Notes: a model not told the origin generated them from the sequence alone. DNA of 64,000 bases from Vicugna vicugna (GCA_013265495.1 MU058463.1:372001-436000), one strand, 5' to 3'; numbered from the stretch's first letter, positions 1-13,246 are shown. Numbers and translations: made by a program.

Positions 1-429
1 CAAATACACTATACCTCAAAGACTTAGAAAATACTATGTGACTCAGAATTTCTAAGCCAAGAGGTGTCTGCTCCCCTTTCAAACTTTGACTCTTTGGTCC
101 AGCATTCCTTATTTTACCATTGTGTATAATTTAAAAAATCATCCCTATATTTTTCTTTCAGAATTTTATTTTCAAAATTGATACTATAATTTAAATTTAC
201 TCTATACTGAAACTTTTTAAATACTATCATAAGTCTTGAATAAAAATTATTTCACCTGCCAACTGTCATTTTTCCTTTCACCTATGTGTTATTATGTACA
301 ATTGGGTCATTAAATTTCCACATAGTTGTAAATTATCCAGCTAGCTTGCTTTTATCTAGTCTCTAATTTTGCTGAGGTCAGGATAGATATACTTTATGCC
401 CTAAATTATTTTAAATTCAGGCAAACTTG

Positions 430-1250
430 TTTCATTGATAAGTATATATTTTATCTTGCTGTGCCATCTGTGCTGTTGAATAGAATGTTCTAAAATTATC
501 AGTTAGGTTAAACTGATTGATAATTGGTGCACTGTTACTGATTCTCTTGTCTAATTGTTTTAATAAAAACAGAGAGGAATGGAGAGATCTTCAACTATAA
601 TTTAGCATTTATCTACTGCTTTTTTTTGGTTATATCTGATTTTATTCTGTGTATTTTGAGACTGCAAGTAGATACATGTACACTTAGGATTGTAGTGTCT
701 TCTTGATAAATTGATCTTTTATTATAGTGCAGTATCCCTCTTTATTCCTGGCATTGTTCTTTAAATTCTACTTTGTCTGATATTAATATAATTACTAAGG
801 CTTTCTTTCTATTCATGTTGCATAGGATATATTTCCCCCTATTTTAACCTATGTGTTTCTGTATATTTAAGTTGTGTTTCTTAGCACCATACAGTACCTT
901 AGCTTTTCAGTCCAGTCTGACAGTCTGCTTTTTATTTCAGCGATTTGTATCATTTACATTAACTTTAATGTTTGATGGATTTAAGTTTAGACTCATCATG
1001 ATCTTTTAAAAATATTGTCCTATTCCCCAGCCTCCTTTCAAATTAACTTTTTTTTTAAACAGTTTGGTATTACATTATACATACAAAATTGACTTCTTAG
1101 CTGTTCTTCATTGTTTGATCTTATTTTTTCTGTGATTATCCTTCACTTTATAATATGTGTCTTTAACTTATTATAATATACCTTCAAGCAACCTCATACT
1201 TCTTCATATAAAATGGAAAAATCTTACAAGTATTTTAATTTTTTATCTCC
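430..1250 (-). mobile_element. Old L1 (L1M-type) fragment: ORF2 endonuclease and upstream region, antisense
   Basis: Motifs such as 'tctactttgtctgatattaatata', 'ttaggattgtagtgtcttcttgataaattgatcttttatt' and 'tcttcaactataatt' resemble the reverse complement of the L1 ORF2 5' region; heavily decayed. Confidence 0.75.
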
Positions 1251-1258
1251 TGTAAATT

Positions 1259-2306
1259 CACCAAAAGCACAGACAGCAAAAGCACAAATAGACAAATGGA
1301 CTACATCAAACTTAAAAACTTCTGAACATCAAAGAAACAATCAACAGATCGAAAATGCAACCTATGGAATGGAAGAAAATACTTTCGTATTATGTATCTG
1401 ATAAAGGGCTATTATTCAAACTAGATAAGAAACTACTACAGTTCAACAGAAGCAGTAATAAAAATAACAAATTGGCTAAAAATGGGCAAAGACTTTGACA
1501 TTTCTCCAAAGAAGACACACAAATGGGAAAAAAGGTATATAAAAAGAAGGTCAACATCACTAAGCATCAATGAAATACAAGTCCAAAGCACAGTGAGCTA
1601 TCATCTCACTTCTGTTATGATATCTATTCTTTAGGAAACTAAAAAGATAACAAGTATTTGTAAGAATGTGGAGAAACTGGAACCCAAGTACTCTGTTAGT
1701 GGGAATGTGAAATGGTGATTCTGCAATGGAGAGCAGTATGGGGGTTCCTCAAAAAATTAAAAATAGAATTATCATACGATTCAGCAATCCCACCTCTGGA
1801 TATAGAAGCAGAAAAATTGAACTTAAGATCTCAAAGGGGTATTTGCACTCCCACGATCATTGCAGCATTATTCACAAATGCCAAGATATAAAAACAATCT
1901 AAACATCCATCTACAAAAGAATGGATAAAGAAAATATGCTACAGTGGAATATTATTCAGGCTTTAAAAAAAAGGGAAATCCTGCCCTATGCAATAATGTG
2001 GATGAACCTTGAGCCATTAGACTAGGTGAAATCAGCCAGGTACAGAAAGATGAATACTGGCTGATTCTATTTATATTATACTATTTAACAACTCAAACTC
2101 ATAGATAAAGTAGGATGGTGGTTGCCAGGGCCTGGGGAGAGAGGGAAATGGAGAGTTGTTGTTTAATGATTACAGAATTTCAACTTTGGGGAATGAAAAA
2201 GTTCTAGATAGCTGTTGTACAACAACATGAATATTGTTAACACTACGAAACTGTATGCCTTAAAATGATCAAGATGGTGCATTTAATATTTTTACTATAA
2301 TAAAAA
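1259..2306 (+). mobile_element. L1 (L1MA/L1MB-like) ORF2 3' end plus 3'UTR
   Basis: Translates as PKAQTAKAQIDKW, an ORF2 C-terminal motif. Also has 'tttctccaaagaagacacacaaatgg', 'cagcaatcccacctctgga' and 'ggatggtggttgccagggcctgggg', ending in aataaaaa. Frameshifted and non-coding. Confidence 0.92.
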
Positions 2307-2849
2307 CAATAATTGGGGAGACTGTGTATATGGAATCTCTTTGTAATATCTTCTCAAAATTTCTAAGTCTGAATATATTCTAAAATAAATATTTTATTTA
2401 AAAGTTAAAAAATAAAATCTAGATTTGAAAGTAAGTACAATGAAAGATAAATATAGACAACTTTTTAAACAAATGTGGAAAAGCATTTTTTAAATGACTT
2501 TTTGTGTACCATTATTAATTATGAGCATTTCAATGAAGCGTTTGGTATTTTTTTAAGAGTTAATTAGGTAGCAGACATGGAAATGCTATCTAGAGAAGAC
2601 AGAGGGGACCTGTATTTTTCAGCCTAGGACAACATAGTTACTCTGCATAGTAAACTATTATGAGGGCAATAAAAGAGACCTGTGTAGAAGAAATAAAAGG
2701 AGTTGAGATGAGGAAGATAAAGTTAAAGGGTCAAGTAGGGGTCATATCATGAATGGCTATGAATGGCGTACTAAATGTCTGGATTTTATCTTGTAGTATA
2801 TGGGGCATTGTTAGGGAATATTTGTAGGGGACATGATCCCCCAAATCCA

Positions 2850-3305
2850 TTTCACCTCCCTCATTGTGTTGCAATAAATAAATTCTGGGAAATGATCATC
2901 AGCTCCAGAAGTGGGTACCAATCAGCCTTCATCAATCATGGTCACCCCATCTGCCTTATCCTTTTGATACAGGGATGGAAACACCCAAGAAAATTTGACT
3001 CAATGAAAAGAGGAGGAGGTTTATCAGTGGCTTCATGGTGGGAAGCCTACTTACTATTAAAATAGAGCACTTTGGTTAAATCAGAAATCTTGGGACTCTG
3101 GCTGCCACTACAGCCATCTAAAACCACAAGGGGAAGAATCCAGACTGAGAAAGTAGAGCTAATAGAGCTACCATGATCAAGTTGTACATGAATTCCAAAC
3201 TACCACTGCACTTCCTGTGTTGTGAGCCAATGAAATCTTTTATTGCTTGATCCAATATGAATCACATTTCTATTTCTTGGAGCTCAAACCATCTTCCTAA
3301 TGAAT
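2850..3305 (+). mobile_element. Old MaLR (MLT1-type) LTR fragment
   Basis: 3' end 'tgtgagccaatgaaatctttattgcttgatccaatatgaatcacatttctatttcttg' resembles old MLT1 LTR ends. Confidence 0.55.
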
Positions 3306-3404
3306 GTTTTAGCAAGAAAAAAGGTCAAAAATAATTATTATTTTTATAAAGAGTCAACCATCTTTTAAATATCTTTTTAAGTTAGAAAATGAAGATATAT
3401 TATT

Positions 3405-3540
3405 ATATTAGTATTCTATGCTACATAACAAATTACCACAAACAGAAGTTTAAATAGCCCACATTTATTATCTCACAGTTCTAAAGGTCAGAATTCTGGG
3501 TAGTTTAACTGAGTTTTCTGTTTTAGAGATATCACAAATC
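3405..3540 (-). mobile_element. MLT1 LTR fragment
   Basis: 'cataacaaattaccacaaac...catttattatctcacagttcta' is the typical antisense MLT1 3' end. Confidence 0.75.
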
Positions 3541-3545
3541 CAGGT

Positions 3546-3760
3546 CCATACAACAACACAGATGACCTTCCAAAGCAGTGCTGAATAAAAGAAGCAAAGT
3601 GGTACATATTGTATAATTCTATTAATATGAATTTCAAGAACAGTCAAAACTAATTGGTAGTGCTAGAAATTAGAAAGTGACTGTCTAGAATAAAGATTGA
3701 TGTGAAAGGGGGAGTCACAAATGACATTTTCTAAATGATGAAATTATGCAGTATCTGGAT
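3546..3760 (+). mobile_element. L1ME-like 3'UTR fragment
   Basis: 'catacaacaacacagatga...gctgaataaaagaagc...caagaacagtcaaaactaat' matches the old L1 ORF2-end/3'UTR pattern. Confidence 0.7.
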
Positions 3761-6144
3761 TTTTAAAATTTTTCGGTTTGATAGTGTTTCATTAATAATT
3801 TTTGCTTGTCTGTTTGTGAGGAATATTGGTGTATCATTTCCTTTTTGTTTTTAGGTTATTCTCTCTCCATTTGCAATATAAGGAGAGAAGGAACACTCAT
3901 GGATCAACCCACTGCTGTTAGCAAAGAAAGGTTGATAAAATACTTGTTTTATATATAAAACTGCAGACTCTACGAATATAGACTTGTGCAAAATTTAGGA
4001 TTGTCATTCATATAGAATGTCCCTGAATATGTGCAACATGTTAGTCCTGAAATAAAAACATCAAAACAACAAAAATACATTATGAAACATGACTTATTTT
4101 TGTATTTGTTGCTTTAAGATAAATTCAATTCTTAAAGAAACTCTTTTAGCAAATTCTACCAAGTATTATTACCTTTGTAAAAGGACACGTCAAGTCTCAC
4201 TTCATTTTACTCTTTTGTTTTCATTCAGAATCAAGAATCTATCCTGGAAATAAAAATTGTTAGTTATTACTCAATGTCAGCTGAACACTCCAGCAATTTC
4301 AGAATCATAGACAATTCTAAGCAATGATTCTTTGTCCTAATAAAGAATAAACAGAAATAGGAAAAGTTTGTATTGTCAAAGCAGATACTATGTTTTACCA
4401 CATCAAGTCCTCTATATGTTTGTCACAATTACAGCTTTTTGGTTTATAATCCACAAACTAAAATTGCTGAAATTGGCCTTGACAGGCCCAGCTAATTGGC
4501 TCCCAAGGAGCCGTTATGTTCTACCTGGTGAACAGTCCGTGAAGCACACAGCCACTTGTCCAAACCACTCACAGAGCTAATTACAAAGCAGCAGGAGATA
4601 TCACATGGTAATAGGCCATGCACTGTTATTAGTACATAATAATTCAATACCCAAATCATCAATTACAGTACTCTTGCTATCTTGAAGAAAATGGTATTGT
4701 GCAGGAATGATTACTTAGGGACCCTCTCTGAGTAGAGACCGTGCTATTTTTTATTGTCTTAAATGACTAATATTTCTTATCTTCCCTAGGAGATTAGAAA
4801 CACTGTCTAGTCACCAAAACCAAAAGAAAATTAAATTAAATTAAACAAAAAAAGGAACAAAGAAAAGGTATTTTTATGCTCTGCATCAGAAAAAGAAATA
4901 TGATTCAAATGCTATTTATTTGAAGAGTGCTATTGCTTAATTCTATTCTTTTTCAATTTTTCACGTTCCAATGTTTTATTAAATTGTTTAATTTATATTC
5001 AATTTCAGGAAATATTTAAAATATCAATTATAAATTTAGTTTAATAAATATTTATATACTACCTATACTAAAACATGCATATCAGAGATGTCATTATTAT
5101 CATCCTTTCAGAATGATCAATTTATATTCATACAGAAGTTCTCTGCTTTAGCTTAGTGAATCATCTGAAAGTAATAAGCTCAAAAAAATACATTTTAAGC
5201 TCAATTTATTCCAGACTATGTCTGAGAATTTTCTCTGCTTACTTAATTACCTTCTTTCAACAATTTATTTTATAATCAGGTTCAGCCATATCCCAGACTT
5301 GTTTGATCTTGGTTTGGGGTCATTAACTCTGATGTGTTCTTGTCCTTAAGGAAAACATGAAAATTCTTGTAATTAACCACCCTTCTAAAGTTTTTTCTTT
5401 CTTCTTTTCACTTGTTTTCCTTAAAAATAAATTTTAATAACTTTTATTTAATTATAATTTAAACCATGTATATTTCAAAACATAGTTTTTATCTTTACTC
5501 ACTAAAAGGGAGTATAATTCTTTAATTCTTATCCATTTTATTAATATTAGAATCTCTCATTAACTCAATGCCTGGAATTCAGTGAGAGAGCAGAAATGAA
5601 GACAAAGTGAGAATTAGTGTCCATGTGAAGGACCCTGTTACATATTTTGTATATAATTAACTGAAGGATCTATGCTCCAAATGGGATTGAATGATAACTT
5701 TCAGTCCTCTGTATCTATTTAGAAAATTCAAAAGGAATTTGAAAAATAAGTGAGCCAGTATTTATCAGTTTGTTTTATGAATCATTTTACTGTACAAATG
5801 TGATTTCTGCTAAAGATCCCTTATCTATTAATAATTATTTATCTTAAACAATTCAGAATTTGCTCATATAAAATGAGCTTATGACATGAAACTTGAAGTT
5901 AACACCTCTCCTTGTTTGATCAAAAGGGACTTAAATTTAATTTTTAAAAATTGTTTCTGTGATTATGTTATGGATTCCTGAAATCCCCATATCCTAAGCA
6001 CAGTTATTTTCTAAGACTTTTCCATTATCATGAATGTTCTTGAAGCTGAAAGACTACTCATCTTGAGGCTACATTATCACAGACCTTAAGCCATAATTCA
6101 AAATTATTCATTACATTAGTTCAAGTGTTGAGAAAATTTCACGA

Positions 6145-6260
6145 GAGAGTCAGGGAGGTTTATGATTTATTGTTCAATTCCTACTTCTGTCACTTATTTG
6201 AATGACAGTTGGAAGTTAGCCAGATCCTCTAAGTCTGTGTCTCTTCAACTGTACATAAGG
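6145..6260 (+). mobile_element. MIR fragment
   Basis: 'gttcaattcctacttctgtcacttat...cctctaagtctgtgtctcttcaactgtacataagg' is a decayed MIR core. Confidence 0.55.
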
Positions 6261-6432
6261 CTGGGATGTGCTTTGGACCTGGTAATAACTGGGGCCTATG
6301 TATTTAAACTAATGACAAGTTACTAGTCCTTCATGGAAATCTCATTTGGACAGAGGATTTTATTTGTGTGTGTGGTCTAATTGACTACATCTAATTGTTA
6401 CATCTTAAAGATGCTTAATTGCTACCACACCT

Positions 6433-6605
6433 TAAAAGTGAAAAGGCAACCCAAGGAATAGGAGGAAATACTTGCAGAACATATACCCTGATAGTGGTAA
6501 CGGTTTCACAGGCGTATACATATGTCCAAACTAAGCACATTACAGACATTAAATATGTGCAGTGTTAAAATATAAATTATACCTCAATAAAGCTGTTTAA
6601 AAAAA
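6433..6605 (+). mobile_element. Internally deleted old L1 (ORF2 piece fused to 3' terminus)
   Basis: 'aaagtgaaaaggcaaccc...atataccctgata' (ORF2) runs directly into 'gtggtaacggtttcacaggcgtatacatatgtccaaact...tatacctcaataaagctgtttaaaa' (3' end). Confidence 0.75.
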
Positions 6606-7079
6606 GAAGTGGTAAATATGTTTTAGCTGGTGGACTAATTAGTTAGTGATTCTGTCTCTTTATCATCTATATATCTATCCTTCTATCTATCTTATTTTAT
6701 TAGAGTTTGATTTGAATGCAAAGTGATTAATCAAAGATTTATGGAAGGGGTAAGATGTAATGACTAGGTTTCTTTATTAAAATAAATACACAGATTTTTA
6801 GTTCTGTTTTTGATTTCTTTTTTTTACTAAAAGCTTTATTGATAGTAATAGTAGATATATTTCTTTCTTTATATTTTTCAGTTTAAAGGTTATTAGTACA
6901 GCTTTTTTCATTGAAAGACTTGAGAAACATCTGTATTTGATTTATAAATTTATATAAGAGAGGGTTACTATCTTCTCACATACTATATGAATAATCTAAA
7001 AAAGATCATTCTATTAACTGATCACAAAATTCAGCTGTCATTCAGTAAAATAGCAAAATAATGGAGATATTTCATTCTT

Positions 7080-7141
7080 TTTTTAATATTTTTTATTGAG
7101 TTATAGTCATTTTACAATGTTGTGTCAAATTCCAGTGCAGA
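7080..7141 (-). mobile_element. 62-bp extreme 3' end of a young L1 with a 16-bp TSD
   Basis: Reverse complement is tctgcactggaatttgacacaacattgtaaaatgactataactcaataaaaaatattaaaaa. Flanked by identical gagatatttcattctt at 7064-7079 and 7142-7157. Confidence 0.9.
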
Positions 7142-8825
7142 GAGATATTTCATTCTTGAAATACTGTAACTTTATATCTGTAGCCAAGCTTGTTTGCAAT
7201 TTGTTTACGTATTAGTAGTACAAAATATTTTAATTTGATTACACTAAAAAGAGCTTTCACAATTTACTTTTACCTTGTAGCATTGACTACATTTATGAGT
7301 TATATAGGTAAATGAGTTACGTAGTTATAATCTTTAAATTATAATTGCATCAAAATATACATGAAGATACTTATCATTTTTATCATGATGTATTTCATGA
7401 AATAACTTAGGAAGAGACAGTTCAGAGTGTATTTTAACTTGTGGTTAACAATATAGTAATGCGATTTTTGGCTATCATAAACTTAAAAGTCAATCATATA
7501 AGTTAGAAACCAACTGTAGATATTTACATTAATAGTTATCTCACAGTCCTAAAACTTTGCTTCTCTACATCACTAATCACACTCAATCTGATGCAATTGA
7601 CAGCAGATAACTGAACTGCTATTATTAGTTCAAATTTGTGTTCTCTGTCTATAGCTAAATCTACCCCTACCATTTTCTTTCAGGTACAGCAGCAAACATC
7701 TGCTTCTTCAATTCAAGGCTAATAGTTCCATTTGTGCTATTGCTTTTATCCTCTCCCTAATGCATCAATTAACAGGAGCCACTTCTGAAGTGTTTTTTTT
7801 TTAACCAAAATAGGTATTAATGGTTTAGTTATTCTTATTAAGAAAAAAAACTTATAAAATAGTATTTTTGTTTAAATTTTTGTAAAAATATATATGTAAG
7901 CATGTATTTTTGTTTATGCATGCTTTACATATGTTGTGTCATATATATACAGAAATGTATACAAATATATATGTGTATATACAGATTTATATATATACAC
8001 ACACAGACATATGTGTGTATATATAATCAAAAGTTTGGAAACCACTGCTGTAATGGAGGTAGTAAGTTTTATATTTCTTTTATGCTAATTTATTTGAAAT
8101 CACAGTGCATAAAATCATATACACAGAGAAAGACAGATTCAGAGATATATAATGATCTCTCAATTTTCTTTAATACTTCTCTAAGACTTGACATATTTTG
8201 GAGAATGAAATTAATTGATAAAGATTAATCACTTAGGAGCATATTTACTTATAAATCAATAATATCTTCTTAGTTAGCTCTTTAATTGATATATATTTCT
8301 GTTCCAACCAGAATCATGTTAAAAATGTAATAGTATAGGTATTTTCAGATTTTGAATATGAGTTCATTGTAATTGGCAGTTTTTGTCAAACAGCTGAGTG
8401 AAAAACAGGATTTTTATTGTTCTCTGTTATTGTTGGGAGTTCAATTTCTTTTGATATAAAATTTTCCCTCCTAAACTGTGCAATGGATGACTCTGCAACA
8501 TGAAATAAGAGTATATTTTGGCTTAAAATTTCTCTTACACTGATTTCTACAGACATAAAAAAATCAGAAAATATATCTTTAATTATGCCAGTTTAATTTA
8601 TGTAAAATAATTAACATGTAAAATTTAAGGGCAACATTACTGCATGTTTAAAAATTTAAGAATCCATTTGCATTATAAAATATTCCAAAATAAATCTGAA
8701 TGAAGCTTGGTATTTACTTTTCTATTAAAATGGATTACTTTTGATTGTTATCATGATCTTTTCTTGAATATTTGGGTATTTATTTGCTCTAAGATTTATA
8801 GGATAAAATTGTCATCATCACCTTA

Positions 8826-8901
8826 AGATATGCACTTTATCTATGCATATCTATATGCATAGATAGATATGCATATAGATATGCATATAAGGTGCATATC
8901 T
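8826..8901. repeat. Imperfect inverted repeat (35/33-bp arms, 8-nt loop)
   Basis: The reverse complement of left arm 8826-8860 matches 8869-8901 with one 2-nt gap and one mismatch. Confidence 0.9.
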
Positions 8902-10282
8902 ATGCATACACTTTAAATACTTGTTATAATTTTGAGTCAGTAATAATTTTATTGAATAAGATTTATTTTTGAGGTATATTTTTCCTGAAATAAAATACTG
9001 CTTAAACTTGATATAATTATCTTAGAGATAGTAAAAGGAATGTCATTTTGTTATAAGTAGTGGTGACATCAATTTTTTCTCATTCAGTTTCATCAAGTTC
9101 AAAATCATACACCTGAAGGCCCAGGAAAATTTTTAAAAAATATATTTCCTGCCTCACCTGTGATAGTGGATAGATATTTTAATATTGTATATTACTATAT
9201 AGAGGGAAAATTCTTCAGTGTGTTAACAAATAAATTAAATATGTATTGGCAAAGATTATAAAAACAATTTTTCAGTACTTTTATATGCCTTGAATTAAAT
9301 TTTGTCTAAAATGTGAAGTTGATTTAAATTATCATGATAAATCTATTTCATTAGATTTATAATATTCTCCATTTTCAGTAATATAAAAATATTGTGATTT
9401 TGTCTTTTCCTACTGTTGATTCTTCATTTGTGTTAACAGTATTTTCTAATTGTTCAAGAGCTCAAAATAAGCAAATGATGTTTTTAAAAAGCAGCAGAGG
9501 TCTCTAACCTTCTGTAGTGTTCCACTTAAAAGACCCCATATTCATTATAAATTATAAAAACAAACTACCCAAAATATTTTAAATATTATGAAATTGTAAA
9601 AGATTGAAGTAAATAGGAAATATAGAAAAACCTAACTAGGTATCTGATTATTATTAACTTTTTCCTTTTGTACATTTGATATTAATATTCTCTAAAAGTT
9701 CACATGTATTTAAGCTGAAATTATGCATTTTAACTTTCATTGGGGAAATTAAAATTCTAGCTATTAAATTAGATTCTAAATTCTTAATTAAAGAATATTT
9801 TTCCTATTAACATAAATAAATATTTGAAATTATGTATTCAGAATAATTCTTTCTATACCCTGGACATAATCTTATGAAAAGAAATAGTGATTTATGAATT
9901 ATAATTTAAAAAAATTCTCCTGATTCTCATCTTTTAAAATATCTATAGTTTGAAAAATTAAACAGTTAATCAAGCAGTAATTGATAAATTAAGACTAAAC
10001 TGTATTCCAAAGCTGGCTATTTCTTAAAAGCAGAAATTTAGATACTTAGAGAATATTTAGTACCTAAAAATCTTTTATTAGTCACACCGAGATTATCAGA
10101 GAAAACTGCAGAGACCACATACAGAACTTTCTCAGTTAATTGAGTCATTCTCATTTAATATAAGATGCTGTCAATATTATGTATATATTTAATATGTACA
10201 GTTTAATAGATAATATATACATAATAAATATATGCTTAATACATGCATTTTAAATTGCTGTTGGTACATATATAAACATACA

Positions 10283-10306
10283 CATCATCATCATCATCAT
10301 CATCAT
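10283..10306. repeat. (CAT)n microsatellite
   Basis: About 8 tandem CAT units, followed by AAT repeats at a MIR tail. Confidence 0.9.
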
Positions 10307-10324
10307 AATTAATAATAATATAAA

Positions 10325-10560
10325 TCACTATCATTTAGAATTCCCTTATTATGGACCAGGCAGTGTACCAAGCATTTTTATTAATATTTAAAAAATAGTT
10401 ATTACATCCTCTCAATCTCACATCAAACCTAAAGGGCAGTAAGTATTTTATTATCACACATTTATTTATTGAGAGAATTCAGTCTCAGAGTTTCAACAAT
10501 TACCCCTGAGTAACAAAGCCAGAACTCAAACCCTTGCAGTGCAGCCTCATAGTGCTCTTG
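10325..10560 (-). mobile_element. MIR
   Basis: 'cttattatggaccaggcagtgtaccaagcatttta...cagtctcagag...gccagaactcaaaccc'. Confidence 0.75.
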
Positions 10561-11339
10561 GCTGTTATACAATATTGTCTCTCATATACCTAGATTGCTT
10601 CCTGCTTAGATGAAATTGAGAAAAAGTCAAAGTAGCTATTTGCTGTAACCCTATGTGTGTATCCTTTTACTTTGTTATAATTGCCCAACTATGAATTGCC
10701 CTTAACATTGCTTAAGGGTATTTCAACACATAGGTTATCAACTCAGGCATTCAGTAGTTTCTTTTTAAAATTTTTTTCATCCACTTCAGGAAAATTTTCC
10801 CAAAGTTAAACAACCAAAGGCATATTTTATTGGCATTCTGCTCCGTGTATTGCCTCTACCTGAATAGTCTGTGTCAAGAAACCACGCATTCTTAAAACTC
10901 TAGGAATGCTCCATATTCCAGAACAGCTTCTTCAACCTGGGACATAGATACCTCTAAAAGTACACCAAGACTTACTTTACCAGATGTGTGCAGTACGAAT
11001 AACAAGATGGAAAATATTTTCGGAATCTCCTAGTTTTCTTACAACTGAAGTACCTAAAATGCACTTATGATAGAGGCATCACACCAGATGTTGTTCCAAT
11101 TCCTCTCTTACAATCATCCTCCACTACTTTTTAGTAAGAGTGAATATCATCCCAGGCTTACCCTATTGCATTTCCCCTTGAATAAAGAGCACTAAAATAG
11201 CCTTAAAACTTCTAGCATTAAAATATCTTGCTATGTTAATATTTCAAATACAATTACATTCTTGTAACCATTTATGTTACAAATTTTTAGGTTCCATAGT
11301 TTTTCAAAATGTTTCAGGGGCAAGTAAGAAAAAACTGGA

Positions 11340-11550
11340 ATACCTCTTCTATGATTTCAATTGTCTCAGTGAAGTAGGAAGCAAAGCCAGTAGTTGTTAG
11401 AAAGGAGGTGACAGGAAATTTTGAAGGTTTGAAAAGAGAAGAAGTGAAATTGTCACAGTGAATGGGAAGATGAAATAATTTAGGAAATAAAGAAGATTGG
11501 GGCATCTCAGCTGGTCCTAAGTGTCTACTTGAGGTTGGTTCAATAAATGA
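11340..11550 (-). mobile_element. L2 fragment
   Basis: 'tgatttcaattgtctcagtgaagtaggaagcaaag' is a typical antisense L2 motif. Confidence 0.55.
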
Positions 11551-12240
11551 ATAAATACAGAACTGATTTTATACAGATTGGGGGTTTTATTATTAAAGTG
11601 AATAGCAATAGCACTATATAAGCATCAAGTTGAAAGCAAATGTCACATGATAATTCTAAATGTAATGATATTTAAAAGTGACTAGATTAAATCATTATTA
11701 TGGAAGTTGTTTGCAAGGTATCTATCATTTTGTAAAATTAAGATACTAGTTTTACTAATTAGGTTTATTTATTATCATTAATAATGCCAATTTCCAGTAA
11801 AAACGACAAAACATAAAATTTCTTAAATTTGTAAACTCTGCATATGATTATTTGTAAGAAAAAAGTAAGAAGTCATAGACTTAATTCTTCATTTCAGTTA
11901 TTATTTACAGCCTATATTGCACAATTAAATGAAGTACTATTTAATGAGTGACAATATTGAAAAAAATTTCTTTTCAAACAAATATATTGATAAAACTATA
12001 GGGGAGAAGGGCTAAAAATATAAGCATGCTATAATCCCTATATTCTATAGTAGGAAGCCAAACTGCAATGAATAACATGGTAAGTGAAGATACAACAGTG
12101 TATGAAAACGGTTGAAACAGTGAAAAGTACTGCCCCTAGAAACTGGGATGGTGTTCAGAGAAAAACAGGCCAAGGAAATTCTACTATTTATTTTTTTATA
12201 AGTTCATAGCACTATATAACTTTAAAACTGTGTACATTTG

Positions 12241-12880
12241 ATCTGCATTTCTCTGATGAGTAGTGACATTGAGCACTTATTCATGTGCCTGTTGGCCATC
12301 CGTGTAACTTCTTTAGAAAAATGCCTATACAGGTCCTCTGACCATTTTTTAATTGTGTTTTTTTTTTATATTGAGTTGTATTTTTTTATATATTTTGGAT
12401 ATTAACCCCTAATCAGACATATCATTTAGGAGCATCTTCTCTCATTCAATAGGTTGCCTTTCTGTTTTGTTGATGGTTTCTCCCACTGTGCAAAAGATTT
12501 TAAGTTTGATTAGGTACCATTTGTTTAGTTTCACTTTTGTCATGCCTGTCTGAGGAGAAACATCTGAAAGTATATATTGCTGAGACTTATGTCAAAGAGT
12601 ATACTGCTTATGTTTCCTCCTAGAAGTTTTATGGTTTCAGGTTTTACATTTAGGACTTTAATTCATTTTTAGTTTACTTTTGTATATGGTGTGAGTAAAT
12701 AATCTAATTTCTTTTTTTTTACATGTAGCTGTAAAATTTTCCCAACACTACTCACTGAAAAGATTTCTTTTCCCCTTGTATATTCTTGCCTCTTTCATTG
12801 TAGAAAATTTGACCATATGTGTGTGGGTTTATTTCTGGGCTATTTTGTTCCATTAATCTATGTGTCTCTTTTTGTGTCCA
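12241..12880 (-). mobile_element. Inverted 5' segment (ORF2 3' region) of a twin-primed L1
   Basis: Antisense ORF2 motifs 'atctgcatttctctgatga', 'ttcatgtgcctgttggccatc', 'gttttacatttaggactttaattcatttt', 'ttgttccattaatctatgtgtct'. Confidence 0.9.
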
Positions 12881-13246
12881 TAAATAAGTCAGACAGAGAA
12901 AGATAAAATACTGCATATTTTCACTTATATGTGGAATCTAATAAATGAAACGGATGAATATAGCACAACAGAAACAGACTTATAGATACAGAAAACAAAT
13001 TATTGGTTACCAGTGGAAAGAAGGATGGGGAGAGAGAGGAGTGAGAAGACGGGTAAGGCAGGTGATGGGTACAAACTGCTAGGTATAATATAACTAAGTT
13101 ACAAGGATGCAAAGTAGAGCACAGGGAATATAGCCAATATTTTATAACTTTGAATGGAGTATAATCTATAAAAAATACTGAGTCACTGTATTGTACACCT
13201 AAAACTAATAAAATATTTTAAATCAATTATACTTTAATATAAGAAA
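12881..13246 (+). mobile_element. Sense 3' segment (ORF2 end, 3'UTR, A-tail) of the same L1
   Basis: 'aaataagtcagacagagaaagata...tcacttatatgtggaatcta...agcacagggaatatagccaata...aatcaattatactttaat' plus A-tail. Degenerate TSD at 12224-12239 and 13247-13262. Confidence 0.9.

Noticed and set aside
430..2306. Inverted (twin-primed) L1 from the opposite-orientation pieces meeting at about 1255
   Set aside because: The pieces differ visibly in decay, are far apart on the L1 map, and I found no shared TSD.
3855..3930. Possible exon after the polypyrimidine tract ttttgtttttag
   Set aside because: One frame is open but the donor (aag|gttgat) is weak, the peptide is unrecognised and there are no partner exons.
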